DNA of 64,000 nt, taken from Rhodosorus marinus CCMP1338 (taxonomy: Eukaryota; Plantae; Rhodophyta). Under the pieces are notes generated by a model. It searched no databases. It saw only the letters and a program-made list of their open reading frames with translations, and had not been told where the DNA came from. Within the stretch, counting starts at the first letter, position 1; each line of letters opens with the position of its first letter. Shown in pieces: positions 26,251 through 37,565 of this stretch. A program made the translations under genes and the position numbers. The stretch covers positions 434,001-498,000 of the forward strand of contig JAMWBK010000008.1 of assembly GCA_029953675.1 (NCBI GenBank), given 5' to 3'.

Positions 26251-26779
26251 CCCACCTCACCAGACCTCTCCGAACCCTAAAAGATCCAAAACCCCCACAG
26301 ATCCGCGATTCTCAGAAACGAAGGAAGCAGCCTGGTCGATCCTGACCACAAAAACAAACAAAAAGCAAACCAAACTAAAACGCTTCTATACAAATACTCT
26401 CACAAAGCAAAAAGAGTGCCACCCAGCTCCCGCGAAAGCTTCTCCGCACCCCCACTCCCCCCTCAACCAATGGCAAACAGCACCCAAAAGACCTCCATCG
26501 ATACAACCAATGGACGAAACGCTTTTTAAAAAAATAAAAATGGTTATCAATCTAAATATCAATCTATAACTCGTATAATGATTGTATTCAATCGGTTTCA
26601 TATGGATTGTATTCAGTCATTTATTGAAGGCCGTTTCTGGGCTGAATGAATATGGTTTTGTTAACGTTCGACTAGGTCATGTTCCCAGTGGTGTATGTTG
26701 TCGCCGTTCTCTGTAGTGGTTGTTTTACCAAACTTTTCAGGTCTCGCTCTCTTGATCTCCATCATATTCTGTCGAAGGA

Positions 26780-27240
26780 GAGCTCTTGTTCAATCGTTCT
26801 TTATCCGAGGGAAACCCTGTTCAACTGAGGTGCGTGATGGAGAAATCCTCTGATTCATTTCAGCCAACCTACTAAATCTCCTTTGCGGAAACGATTTAGA
26901 CTTCAGGGTCCACCTTGAAAGGTCCACCTTGAGGAGTTGTCGATAAAGGGAGTCGCTGATGACACGCGTTCAACAAGCATGTGGAGTTAAGGCGCATGAG
27001 TGTCAAAAACAGCTCCGTCACGAGGCTGTCAAGACTTTGGGCGGCATTATGAGACACACGACAAGGCCAGCGAGAACCAAGACGTCTAAACGGCCAAACT
27101 AGACCATGATTGGAACTCAGGCATACATCTTCTCTCCGCCGCCCGATCAAACATGATTGTTCGCCCGCTAAAGTAAGTACTATTACGCGTTGACAGCCTG
27201 TCACAAAATGAAACTCTAGAATTTATTATGAAATTCTCCA
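26780..27240 (-). mobile_element. Decayed PIF/Harbinger-like (DDE_Tnp_4-type) transposase fragment
   Basis: Frameshifted minus-strand peptides RWPCRVSHNA, RVISDSLY and MNQRISPSRTSVEQGFPRIK occur in the order and spacing of the family's G..HD / GD.AY / N..S..R..VE..F motifs. Stops and frameshifts are present. Confidence 0.45.
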
Positions 27241-27763
27241 GATCTTGAAGCCTTCTCGACAAGAAACGTGGATTCTTGCAGGAGACTGTGCGTCCTCGGT
27301 TTTTTTTTTGTATTAAATACGGATAACCGTTGGAAGAAAAATTGAATAGGATGGATAGCTTCAGGGTCGTTTGACGATTTTGAGGGGAGGGGCTTGTCCG
27401 GGTCACACACTTGCTAGCGTACTTCGGAGGTCGCTTAGGGTTTCTGGATGGTTTTACGTCAAAGTTGTCGTCAGCTGAAATGACCCCCCCCTCCCCCTTG
27501 CAATGTAGTAGATTATGTGCGCTCGAGCTCTGCGACTGTAACGCGTTCTAAAAGTGAGAAGTGGTCGTTGCTCCCTTGTTCAAACTCTCGCCTCAGAGAA
27601 GACAAGCTGGGAATACAGCTTGATGCGTGGAACTACTGAGGATCAGGTAGGTTTGTCAATTATCTCTTTCAGATTGTACTTTACTCTACGAACTTGTCTG
27701 CTGTACCATAAATAATGGGAAAAACCTATTGAAACCGCTCATTGAAATATCGAGCAAACGGCA

Positions 27764-28228
27764 TTATGAACGAACAGCTGCTAATTCCATACGATTTGCC
27801 ACCTCGACTTTAGGGCGCAAGTGTCTCGGTACATACCTCCGGTCGAGGTACTCATCGTGATGTTCGGCTTCCAAAAGCTCTTCCGTATAGTTGCACTTGA
27901 GGTAGGCATATACTTCCGTGACATTGTCTCCATTGTGTACTTTCACAACCTTTCTAGTGTAGTTCACTCCGACACGCTCTAGCTCGTCCATCCTCGAAAG
28001 CATCTTGTCATCGACTCGAAACACTTCTCCCTTGACCTGGCTGCCTTCTCCCGGCCTGTGAAGGAGGTACGGGCTGAAAAATTCCCCGCCAATCACCAGA
28101 GGAAACTTCTCGTCGGTACGGAAAGTACCTTCGTAGTTCGCCTCTCGAAGAAGGTGATGGTTAGGAAACCCCCTCTTCAGGGTCCCATATACAAACACAT
28201 GATGTCTCTTCTCCTTCATTTTACCCAT
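27764..28228 (-). CDS. Gamma-glutamylaminecyclotransferase (AIG2-like/GGACT), intronless
   Basis: VFVYGTLKRGFPNHHLL, PYLL..PGEG..VKGEVFRVDDKML..MDELE..Y.R. An upstream in-frame start at 28330 is possible. Confidence 0.9.
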   Translation of the reverse strand: MGKMKEKRHHVFVYGTLKRGFPNHHLLREANYEGTFRTDEKFPLVIGGEFFSPYLLHRPGEGSQVKGEVFRVDDKMLSRMDELERVGVNYTRKVVKVHNGDNVTEVYAYLKCNYTEELLEAEHHDEYLDRRYVPRHLRPKVEVANRMELAAVRS

Positions 28229-30076
28229 GCCAACCTTTCCAATATCTCTTCCCGTACAAACCACAGCCTCTCGAGCCCCGCCAGTGCTATAACCGGTCAC
28301 AACGAATCCACATCCACTGAACTCAGACATATCAAAATTCTAAACCGATATAAGTTATTTCAACTTGAGACAGTTGCTAGCATCGACATCCAGCCTAGTC
28401 CCACATTAAGTCCCACCCTCCCGCAATCCTTGCCGCTATCATACCTTTATATACCCCCTCACGCTACCTTCCATATTTCTCACGCTACCTCTATATGCCC
28501 TGTCGCTACCTCGCTCCAAATTCCCATTTGAACCAACAGAAAGTCTAAGACAAACCTCAAAAATCATAACAAAAAATCCCCACGGCAGATCCATCCAGGC
28601 CAACCTCACGGCAAAATCCAAACAGCAGATCCTTCCAATATCCAATTAATTAAGAGACAAAAAAGACTAACAACCACTAAAATTTCTTCGAAAACAAATA
28701 TTATCAATCACTATAAACCTCATTCTTAGACCCTCTTCAAAAGTATCCGCTCCTACATGTCAAATTTCAAGATACCCAGTACGGCGGATAATGACTGAGG
28801 TACTTTTTCTCCAATATTTTTGTTATGTCTCTTACTTAAACATAGTTTGGGGTTGTTCATGAGACTGGTGTCAAAACTTCATTGGGTATTCACACCAGCA
28901 GGACGTGAAACCATCTGATTGGTTGACCGATGTGGGCGAGCGACCTCAGGAAATATGACGTTCTTCGCTATTGATTGAAAATGGGAATAAAAATGATTGA
29001 AAAGGATTTTTGTCGGAATTCTTGCTCTAGAATTGAATAGTGATTATTTTTGAATCTGACAAACTGCTGTAAACAATTTAATGAATTTTCTATATTCACG
29101 ATATTCGTTTGCAACCGTCCGTTAGCGGACTTCAGCATATTCGAACTGATGTTCAATATCAGCACAAATTCTTTCCCAAAGGAATAAACCCCATTATTTT
29201 AGGTTGGTCTAACTTTAGAACCATCTAGACGAAAACGTTTAAATCTACTCCCCATCAACCTTGTTCTCCTTCTCCCTCCGCTCAGGATGTTGTGGTTCCG
29301 CCTGCGATGAAATCGGTGGGATCGTCGGACAGACTGTCGAATTTGCGCCAGCGGTCCTGACTCGGTTTGAATGTTGATTTGACTAGAAGCCATTGCTAGA
29401 TCAGGACCGCGCAGGCCGCTTGGGGAGGTACAAACAAGAATGGACTGATACCAGACCTGGCTGGGTTTCGTTCAGTGGGCCCTGCCTTTGAGAGTCTTGT
29501 CAGACAGCCAGTTGCGACAATTGGTGAGATTTCTTCATGTGGTCTCATCGCTTGGGCGTGAGTTTTTGAGGATTAAGGGTTGATTAACGGGTGTGAGGTT
29601 AAGGTCCACTACCGGAGGAAACTCGATTGGAAGAATTCCTTCGGGAGCTACAGGGGCAGGGCCAGGCACAGATGGCGGCGTATTGGTGGAAAGCTTACAG
29701 GTCCTGTTGACAGAGCTGCTGGGTGCTCAGGACAAGCAAATCGAACAGATGCGGACTGCGATAGCAAACCCAGCTCAGCGACCAGGGGTTGCCAAAGCTT
29801 GTGACGTGACATTCCACTGCGCCCCCTGTGATCGACGGGTACCTCCTTTCACCTCTGGTACCGACAACAACCCCGGCGGTGAGGTCTCCACCTTCCCACT
29901 ATCTCCTAACCCTAAGGTGAAAATCGTATCTACGGTATTTATCAACCCTTTGCTCCGGTTAAGTGTAGAAAATTGACCAATGTTGTAACCGTAAGCTTTA
30001 CTGGGCAGCTGCCTACTGCAGTAACCATTTCCCAAACATCGGTGCCTTCCTTTATTCGTACCCTGACCCCGAGCAA

Positions 30077-30322
30077 CGACGGAGACCGGCGCCACAATAT
30101 CCACTACCCACGTAAGGTGGGCATCTGTCCCCCCGAGCGCTGTACGAACAGTTGAGGTCCCGATATTATTGAAGAACCCTGAGGAGAGAAGTTCATGAAG
30201 CAGTCAGGAGGTGTCCGGGTCGCCAACTGCACCAGGGGCCGGCTCCCCGACGGAGACTGGCGCCACAACAGCCACTACCCACGGTCGCCTTGTTTTTCAG
30301 ATGGCACGTCTACTTCATCAGG
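30077..30322 (+). mobile_element. Inverted partial copy of Gypsy integrase Zn-finger region
   Basis: The plus strand encodes ALYEQLRSRYY.., the same DNA as the minus-strand 30405-30604. A further 36-bp partial direct copy lies at 30077-30112. Confidence 0.8.
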
Positions 30323-30604
30323 CGATTATCAACGACGCCACGGGGTTTGGATCATGTACTTCTTTTTCTATTCGATGCGAGCGAAGAAAATACGTCGGTT
30401 CGAGCCCGATGAAGTCGACGTGCCATCTGAAAAACAAGGCCACCGTGGGTAGTGGATGTTGTGGCGCCAGTCTCGGTCGGGGAGCCGGCACCTGGTGCAA
30501 GTTGACGACCCGGACACTCCTGACTGCTTCATGAACTTCTCTCCTCAGGGTTCTCCAATAATATCGGGACCTCAACTGTTCGTACAGCGCCCGGGGGACA
30601 GATG
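30122..30604. repeat. Long inverted repeat: ~200-bp arms (30122-30322 and 30405-30604), 82-bp spacer
   Basis: Manual alignment of arm 1 with the reverse complement of arm 2 gives about 12 differences over ~200 nt (~94%). Confidence 0.95.
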
Positions 30605-31410
30605 TCTTACCGCTTTATGAGCGTCCGCCAGTAGGTCGTTTCGGTCCTCCGGCACTACCCTGTAAGTCAGTCTTCCGTCAGTTTCCTGATACAGAAGTCC
30701 TGTCCCTGCATCATGGACGACTCCGTCCATTTCCTGTTGGACGAACTTTTTCTCTGCTTTCGTTAGCTTGTTGGATACTTGCCTTCAATACTTGCGTCGT
30801 GACTACTGCAACCTCTAGGCTTTCTTGCCTATCTATCTCGATACGGCATCTGCTACGACGTTCATTCGACCCGGTAAGTGTTTGATTTCGTAGTCAAAAT
30901 TAGTCATATTCTCGCGTCATCCTTCTCGACGGGTTGTGCATCGTCTGGAGATAGGTGCGCACGCTGTTATCTACGGAGATGGTGAATTTAGTCCCCTCGA
31001 CGTAGTGTCGCCACCTTTCAACACAATATACTACCGCGAACATTTCTCGTTCGTGCGTAGCCAATGCCTGACGCGTCTGTAGTAACTTCAGAATTCAGGT
31101 CTTCTAGGTGCGGGAATGCCAGCACTGGTCCCGATGTCACCAGTATCTCAAAATCTTTCGATGGCCGGAATGGCGGCCGGAGTGACAACGAAGGGGCGTC
31201 CTTACTTCGGGAGGTCCGTCAACGGTGCTGCTATACAAGAGAAGGCGCGGATAAAGCGAGAAAGTATGGGCAGCCCCATAATGGACTTTACCCCTTTTAA
31301 AGTGTTCGGAAATTTGAGTTTCCGCACCGCAGCTACCTTGGCGTCGTCTGTGCAGAAAGTGCCTTCTGAGATCTTGAAGCCTAGGTATTCCACCTCTGTC
31401 ATCCCAAAAG
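30405..31410 (-). mobile_element. Decayed Ty3/Gypsy LTR-retrotransposon pol fragment (RT end, RNase H, integrase N-term)
   Basis: EVEYLGFKIS..DDAKVAAV..FPNTLKGVKSIMGL..RFIRAFSCIAAPLTDL; VLAFP..TTDASGIG; WRHYVEGTKF; FDYEIKHLPGRMNVVADAVSR; YYWRTLRREVHEAVRS; FRWHVDFIG. The RT-RH-INT order is Gypsy-type. Confidence 0.92.
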
Positions 31411-31414
31411 ACGC

Positions 31415-32000
31415 CGTTGCCCTGAGGAGCAGGGCAGAGGCGAGGAGGAGACGCCCACCAGAAAGTTTCACGCGGGCACGGTCACGCACATGAACAAGGA
31501 GAAGTTCATTCTTGATTCGGGAGCAACTGATCACGTCTGCATAGTGGACGGTGCGTTTCAGAGTCCCAAGCGAACGATTGACACGGAGTTACATTAGGGG
31601 ACGGAAACACCAAGACTCTCAGCTAGGTGGGTGCCTTGGAATTGGACACACATGGAGGAGACACCCTGTGCTTGGCTGATACAATTTGCCTCCCACGAGG
31701 TGCGCTCAACGTCATCAGCTTTAGCAGACTTATGGAAAAGGGTTTTAGAGTTGGATCCGCAGGAAGAAGGGATTGAGTCGTAACCAAAGACGATATAGAG
31801 ATTTTTAAAGCTACAAGCAAATTCTGGTCTTTACTAGACGGACTTGGAAATTAATTCGCGACGTAGAACGGTAGCGGTAGCGAGGAGAGAGGACAGGACA
31901 ACGGATGCCATTCACTTCCACGACTCCATCCTTTTGCAGTTGCCTGATCGCACCTGTCCCTGGATGACTTGTGTTCAAGGGCATATGCCCGGAGACATCC
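31415..32000 (+). mobile_element. Decayed Ty1/Copia fragment (protease and pre-integrase region)
   Basis: KFILDSGATDHVC (Copia protease), LADTICLPRGALNVISFSRLMEKGF, GLY, then HFH..CPWMTCVQG resembling the integrase Zn finger. Confidence 0.78.
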
Positions 32001-32863
32001 GGTGGCTTCTCCGGGCAGTTTGGAGAAATACAACGGAGGTGAACCCGGGTCAACAACTTCCGTGTATTTCTAGTAGTTCAAAGAAAGTCCTAAATCTAGC
32101 AGTTGGCTTCCAGAAGGTTTTACACTTGAGAGACAGGTTGTCACCTGGTCGCTTCAAAAGCAGACTTCCTCTCCATTGTAAATATATAAAAACACAGTTC
32201 CATACTGGCAATCGGTATTTTTTCGAAAACACCCCCGGTTTCCAAGTAGTATATATTTTGTTAGGGTTTGCACAGGATTTTTCTTGTCGAACGAGCCGCT
32301 TCTCGTTCTTTTTGGATCGAGAAGTTTTATCAGATACTTTACTCAAAGGATCCAATTTAATAAGCTCATGGGCAATTTGGTCAGGAATGAGGTCGTATCA
32401 AATCACCGCCTTTACAACAGGATTAAGAAAGAGTGTTGTGGTCATGAGATTGGAACACTTGAATGCGCTTAAACTTATTGCCTCTCCAAAGTATGGTGTT
32501 TACAGATGGTCTAGTAGTCAGTCACACACTTGTGACTCCCCTTTCGCCCTCGTAGGACAGTCACCCGGGGTTGTTAAATTTCCGGAAACCAAAGTATGGT
32601 GTGGCCACTGGGTTACTTTGGCAGTCGCCCCGATTGATACCAATTAGTATTATTTGCTAGTGAGATACAATAACCTATTGGCTAGGTCGCAGCAACGGTT
32701 GTCCATGTATTCTTCTTGATGCATCGCGTTTGTAAGCTGGGCAAGTTCTTCTTGTTGAAGTGACGTCGCGTAGCTAGACAACCTGTCTTATTCGGATACA
32801 AGAACAACGCTGTTTTCAGTGTTTTCGTAAGAGTTTCTCCATTCCGGCCGGATTTATCGCCAT

Positions 32864-33345
32864 GACTGTTGGACATCCTTGTGAGACCAGGGACTGGCCG
32901 GCGATCGGCAAATTGTGGTCTTCATTCTCAGTTGGAGGACTGGATAATAGAAGTTTTGCGAGATGGCTCCGTTTCTATCTGATGTGGCAGTGACAAATAC
33001 TGCGTCTCAATTAAATATCGCGTGGACTCTTGGACATCCTTGTGAGAGCAGGGACTGGCCGGCGATCGGCAAATTGTGGTCTTGATTTTCACTTGGAGGA
33101 CTGGATAATAGAAGTTTTGCGAGATGGCTCGTTTCTATCTGATGTGGCAGTGACAAACACTGCGTCTCAAGTAAAGATCGCGAGGACTGTTGGACGTCCT
33201 TGTAAGAGCAGGGACTGGCAGGCGATCGGCAAATTGCGGTCTTGCATTTTCACTTGGAGGACTGGATAATAGGAGTTTTGCGAGATGCCTCCGTTTCTAT
33301 CTGATGTGGCAGTTACAAACACCGCGTCTCAATTAAATCACCGCA
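32864..33345. repeat. Tandem array, ~160-bp unit x3, roughly 90% identical
   Basis: GACT(G/C)TTGGAC(A/G)TCCTTGT starts at 32864, 33025 and 33185. Shared blocks are GGCGATCGGCAAATTG, TTGGAGGACTGGATAATAG and TTTCTATCTGATGTGGCAGT. Confidence 0.95.
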
Positions 33346-34818
33346 GGGCAATGAATGATTTTCCGTTGTGTTCCATGTAAACCGGCCCCTGCCTGATGGA
33401 GCCACGGGTTGAATCTTCACAAGTCAGCATCGAGATCGAAGCCGGGAAGAGTCAAACGTATCAACATCGGTCACGCTTCCACCCATCCCTTCTTTGCTCC
33501 GAATCTCCTCAGCCTGCAAGCAAATGCTTTCAAGGATTTGCGTGGATGCGTGTTTCCATTCCATGTGCTCTGAGATATGAAATCTGCCAATCACGAAGTC
33601 CACGTTCATCAAGCTTCGAAATGAACGTTTCGCCGGTACGGAAAACCTCTGCTTATTCAAAGAAAAAGCAAACCGCAAGAGACAGTCTGGATAAGACCGA
33701 AGAGTTGGAGGGTGCTGGTCAGGGGCTTTCTCTAATCAATTGTACTGTCACACTTCTATGCAGCGTCCGACAAAGGCTTGCCTAGGCCCATTAGGAAATA
33801 TTTTCTGAGAGTGCCAAGCATACCTGGCCTCGTTCGCTGATCCAAGAAGGGGTTGTTAGCCCTCGAATAGAGGTCTCGATCAAAGAAGATCAGACTTCCG
33901 AAAACAAAATAGTTAACATGATGGTCCTCCGCTTGCGGTGTCTTGGTTCCTTTTCTTCTGCATCTTTGCTCCCACCCTCGTCCGCGGAGTAATGTTCCAG
34001 GGCACCCTAAAGTTTGTTCAAGTAGCAGGCTACCAGATACTCATCAAACTCTTGATGTCCTGGAGATTCAAGATGCCTAGACATCTAAGTAGAGCAAGGG
34101 CAGGCCAAGCTCCCAAGTCAGCCAGCGCCAAGTCCGTGCGGTCGTTGGCCACAGCAAACTGAGCGGTCTGCGCACAGCGCAACTCTGATCCGTTCCTTGG
34201 ACGATTTCATTCTCCACAGGGTTCGCAACCATATGCGGCCGATACGCGCCGTCCCGTACCCGCGCTGTCGAAGCCAGTGCCACAACCAGGCCACTGAGGA
34301 AAAGATGTTCAAATCACGCAAAAAGATACGCCCCGACCCAAACAAGCCTAATCTCGCTGGATACTCTACATTTAAAAAACGCGAAAACCTCTTAATTATT
34401 TGTATATTCAACAAATAGTGAACACCTGTCACCCGAAACGGCAATATTCTCCTAATTAAGTAGGATTCCCAGTGGATTAAGGAAGGATTACCCTAAAAAC
34501 AAAACCAGCCGAATCAGATCGGGTTCGACCAATTTCTAGATTTAGACATAAATAAGAACTACCGGTGTGATAGATATGGACAAAGAAGTTCTTGATTCAA
34601 TACTTAAACGACAGCTGTCTAATTCAACGAAGTCTTAGGCATTATTAGGAATTATGCAGCTAAATTAAGAACAGGCTCAGAACCCCAAATGCGATAGTCT
34701 TAGCATTGATGATGAGTGCGGTGAAGAGGGTTGGGGATGGGGATATTGGGGGAGGGCTGACGTAGATGACGTTGAGGCTGCATTGAAATTTTTGAGGTTG
34801 CAGACAACATATTGAAGA

Positions 34819-35391
34819 ATGGGGAAGGGAAATCCGCTTCAGAAGTATAGGGAGGAGACTTTCCCGCATCACTACCCGGAAGGGGATAGATGTAGGTGCA
34901 GTTCAACGGAAGCCGATGATGTGTTGAGTTTACAGTTTTAGCTCTTTGCTCTCCTTGCGCTTGCTGCTCTTCTAAATTGATTTCTTCGTTTCGATTCTCG
35001 CAGCAAAAATGCAACTTTCTCTGGAGGAGTGTGAGTGGGCGCAAATACCACCGTATAGGCAGAATTATTGCTCTCACTTGAAGGTGCCGTTGAAGAAATG
35101 CATGGTAGACAATTACTCTCTGCCTTGGAAGTGCAAGTATCAAATGCATACATTGGAGAAGTGCGAAATTGATTTGTAAGCCTGACTGCAAACTGCAAAT
35201 GCACTAGTTCCGTTGAGTGTCTGTTTTTTTTCGGACGATTCTTTCAAGAGAATTGTTCACTGAACCAAAGCCGCGTCCGCTTCCTTACTTGACACCCAAT
35301 AACGAACGACAGGCTGCAGAAAAAAATGCGGGAGGTCCACGAGTGGAGGCAGGAAAAGCTCCGACAAGAAGCTATGTCCACTTTCGAGTAA
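34819..35391 (+). CDS. NDUFB7: NADH:ubiquinone oxidoreductase subunit NDUFB7 (B18), 3 exons; not in the ORF track
   Basis: Exons 34819-34891, 35004-35175 and 35313-35391 splice in frame to MGKGNPLQKYREETFPHHYPEGDRSKMQLSLEECEWAQIPPYRQNYCSHLKVPLKKCMVDNYSLPWKCKYQMHTLEKCEIDLLQKKMREVHEWRQEKLRQEAMSTFE. This carries the NDUFB7 twin CX9C pattern (YC..L..L.KC..DN..LPWKC...H..EKC). Confidence 0.92.
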
Positions 35392-36368
35392 TAAATCATC
35401 CCCTACTTTTTTATTTGTCATAAACGATGCAGATATTTTGCCATACCCACTTTCCCATTTTCCCTCTTTGGATGAGGATGACGATACGTTACGGATAGCG
35501 TGCGCTGCAGCAGGAACGCAGTCGGGTCCCGGCGAAACAGAACACCAACCACACCGGAAGAGAACGTCTACCCCCACCCCCCGTCGTTGACTGCATTCGG
35601 CCAGGAACAGCGCTGCATAAAGATAGAATCAGCCTTTAGATGACGAGAAGACAGGACCTCGAAGATCTGTGAAGAACTCCGCTCAAATTTTCGAGGCATA
35701 GCTCAACTAGTCAAGCCGCCAACTGGCCGTTGCGAGTCAAGAATAGTTCTAGTCAATGAAACAGGTCGCGTTGCTGATGTGTTGGTTTTCCTTAGTCTTG
35801 ATCTTGCTCTAATATCGAAATCTTTTCGACCATCTGGAAGAGGTTGACGATCCTAAATCCGAGAGTAGAACCCAGCGCTCGATTGAATCATCTCACATTC
35901 GGAAGGGGCGAAATGATTTCGGGTCTCTCCGTTGACCGAACCACCCCCGCAATCCAATCGAGTCTGTCAAGGGCTAAGCTCCCAAGTCTTCACAACGCAC
36001 CAGTTTTCTTCTATACTATACTATCCCATCATCCACTGAAACAGTGGCACAGAGGTATGAAGGATTCGAACAGGTCAGAGCTCTTGGTCTGTAAAGGACT
36101 GATCAAGTTCGGTTTGACCAACGTCCTCATCTGTGTCCAAGTCTAGCCTTTAGTCATTGAAGGACGTCGACGGGGATCTGCATTAAGGGTTTATCTTTCC
36201 TCTTAGAGCTGGAGTGCTTAGGAGCGGAAGTGAAGGAGCTCTTTGATCTTGTAACGATCATGTTCGTGGTATTTGGATCCTGAAGGAATTAGCGTGAACT
36301 TGACGACGGATGTACGGTTGAGTTGAATCGGAGAGGTGATATAGTAGACCGGGGAACCTCAGGGAGCG

Positions 36369-37565
36369 ATGTCTGGTGGCGAGGAAAGGCACAAAGTTTA
36401 TCAGACGTCTCCCGAGGGTGACGAGAAGCTGTTGACGCAATGTATGAAGTGGAGAGATCAGGCTCTAAGGAAGTATGCAAATACACCGATACTTGATGCC
36501 TTTGACCGCTTGGAAATGCGCAACTCTAAAGACGCCGTTTTGTGATCTGGATTGACAGAGACAGGACCGTCCAGTTTATGTTTCAGAGCCTCGCTAGAGC
36601 GGGCTGTACGATGCGTGAGCCCTTGCGAAGAACCAATTGATGTTCTGTATCATGTGTAGTTTCCCTGAAGCTTTCGTCCTTCCAATCGCCGTTGTTTCTC
36701 GCCTATCCGCCGCTTCGTTCTTGTTCAAACAGCGACTGAACGCGTGTGGTGCGAGCACTGTTCTCCCAGTCTCAGCGGAGGATATCGACCAGATGGGAGC
36801 GTCACGCTTTGTTCGAACAATGTTTTCTCCCAGGTGAGCTGTCTCATCCAACAAGCCCATGTGTTTCAAGGGGAGAATACATCCCGCTGAAGTACTCAGC
36901 CTCATGTCAAAACATTATAGAAGCACGTCGCTGAGACGATGGTACATGAGCTGATTCATGCCTTTGACGATTGTCGTGCACACATCGAATGGAATAACTG
37001 CGAGCACCTTGCTTGTAGCGAAGTCCGCGCAGCTGCTCTGAGTGGTAAACCAGTCCATCAACTCCTGATAGGCGTCTTTCGCGTCACCGCCTGAGGAAGA
37101 CGGAAGACACTTTGCTCTTCGAAACTTCCTGATTCTGTTGGGAGGCCGACTCGCGATCAATGGGCATTAACGTGTTGAACTCGTGGTGACAGACCTGAGT
37201 GTTGTTGTCCCTTAGGTGACTGTCGATTCCTCAACGAGATTCAACGGGGAAACATTTCGATTGCAGGCCAGTTTAAGCGCTGCGTTAGGCGCCGCGCTGA
37301 ACTATCTATTAAGATGAGCCCCGCTTGCAAGGCTACAACGGTGCGAAAATCAGTTCACTTTCCAAAGATTCCGCGGATGATCTCCCACTAGCCGTGGGAC
37401 CAGTTGCTTTCTGCTGTTCATTACCCTAATCGCAACCTGCGCGACTGGCCGCTGTTATCACGACTGATGTTCTTGCTTAACTTTCTCATACAGACTGTCG
37501 CGACTGTTGACAAAGTCTTCAATGCGTGCCTCAAAGACACAGAGCCCTTTGAGAGAATACCCTAA
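36369..37565 (+). CDS. ATP23: Mitochondrial inner membrane protease ATP23, multi-exon
   Basis: Spliced: [23 protein letters not shown]; [20 protein letters not shown]; [39 protein letters not shown]; [12 protein letters not shown]; ..[12 protein letters not shown]. Confidence 0.93.

Noticed and set aside
29440-29455. TGGTATCAG Met-tRNA PBS-like motif on the minus strand
   Set aside because: Only 9 nt match, and it lies at the wrong end relative to the minus-strand pol fragment.
31844-32647. 267-aa ORF as a novel gene
   Set aside because: It has a non-ATG start; the first ~50 aa are Copia pre-integrase relic and the remainder has no recognisable protein features.
33400-34450. Possible spliced minus-strand gene or KDZ-type transposase (VIGRFHISEH)
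   Set aside because: No full open splice model could be built, and the motif match is too short.
35600-36300. Possible F-box/LRR pseudogene (IPVDVLQ; LVELCLENL) and a GTTCGAATCC T-loop-like motif at ~36063-36072 on the minus strand
   Set aside because: The peptide hints are fragmentary. No T-stem, acceptor stem or D-arm pairing exists, so it is not a tRNA.
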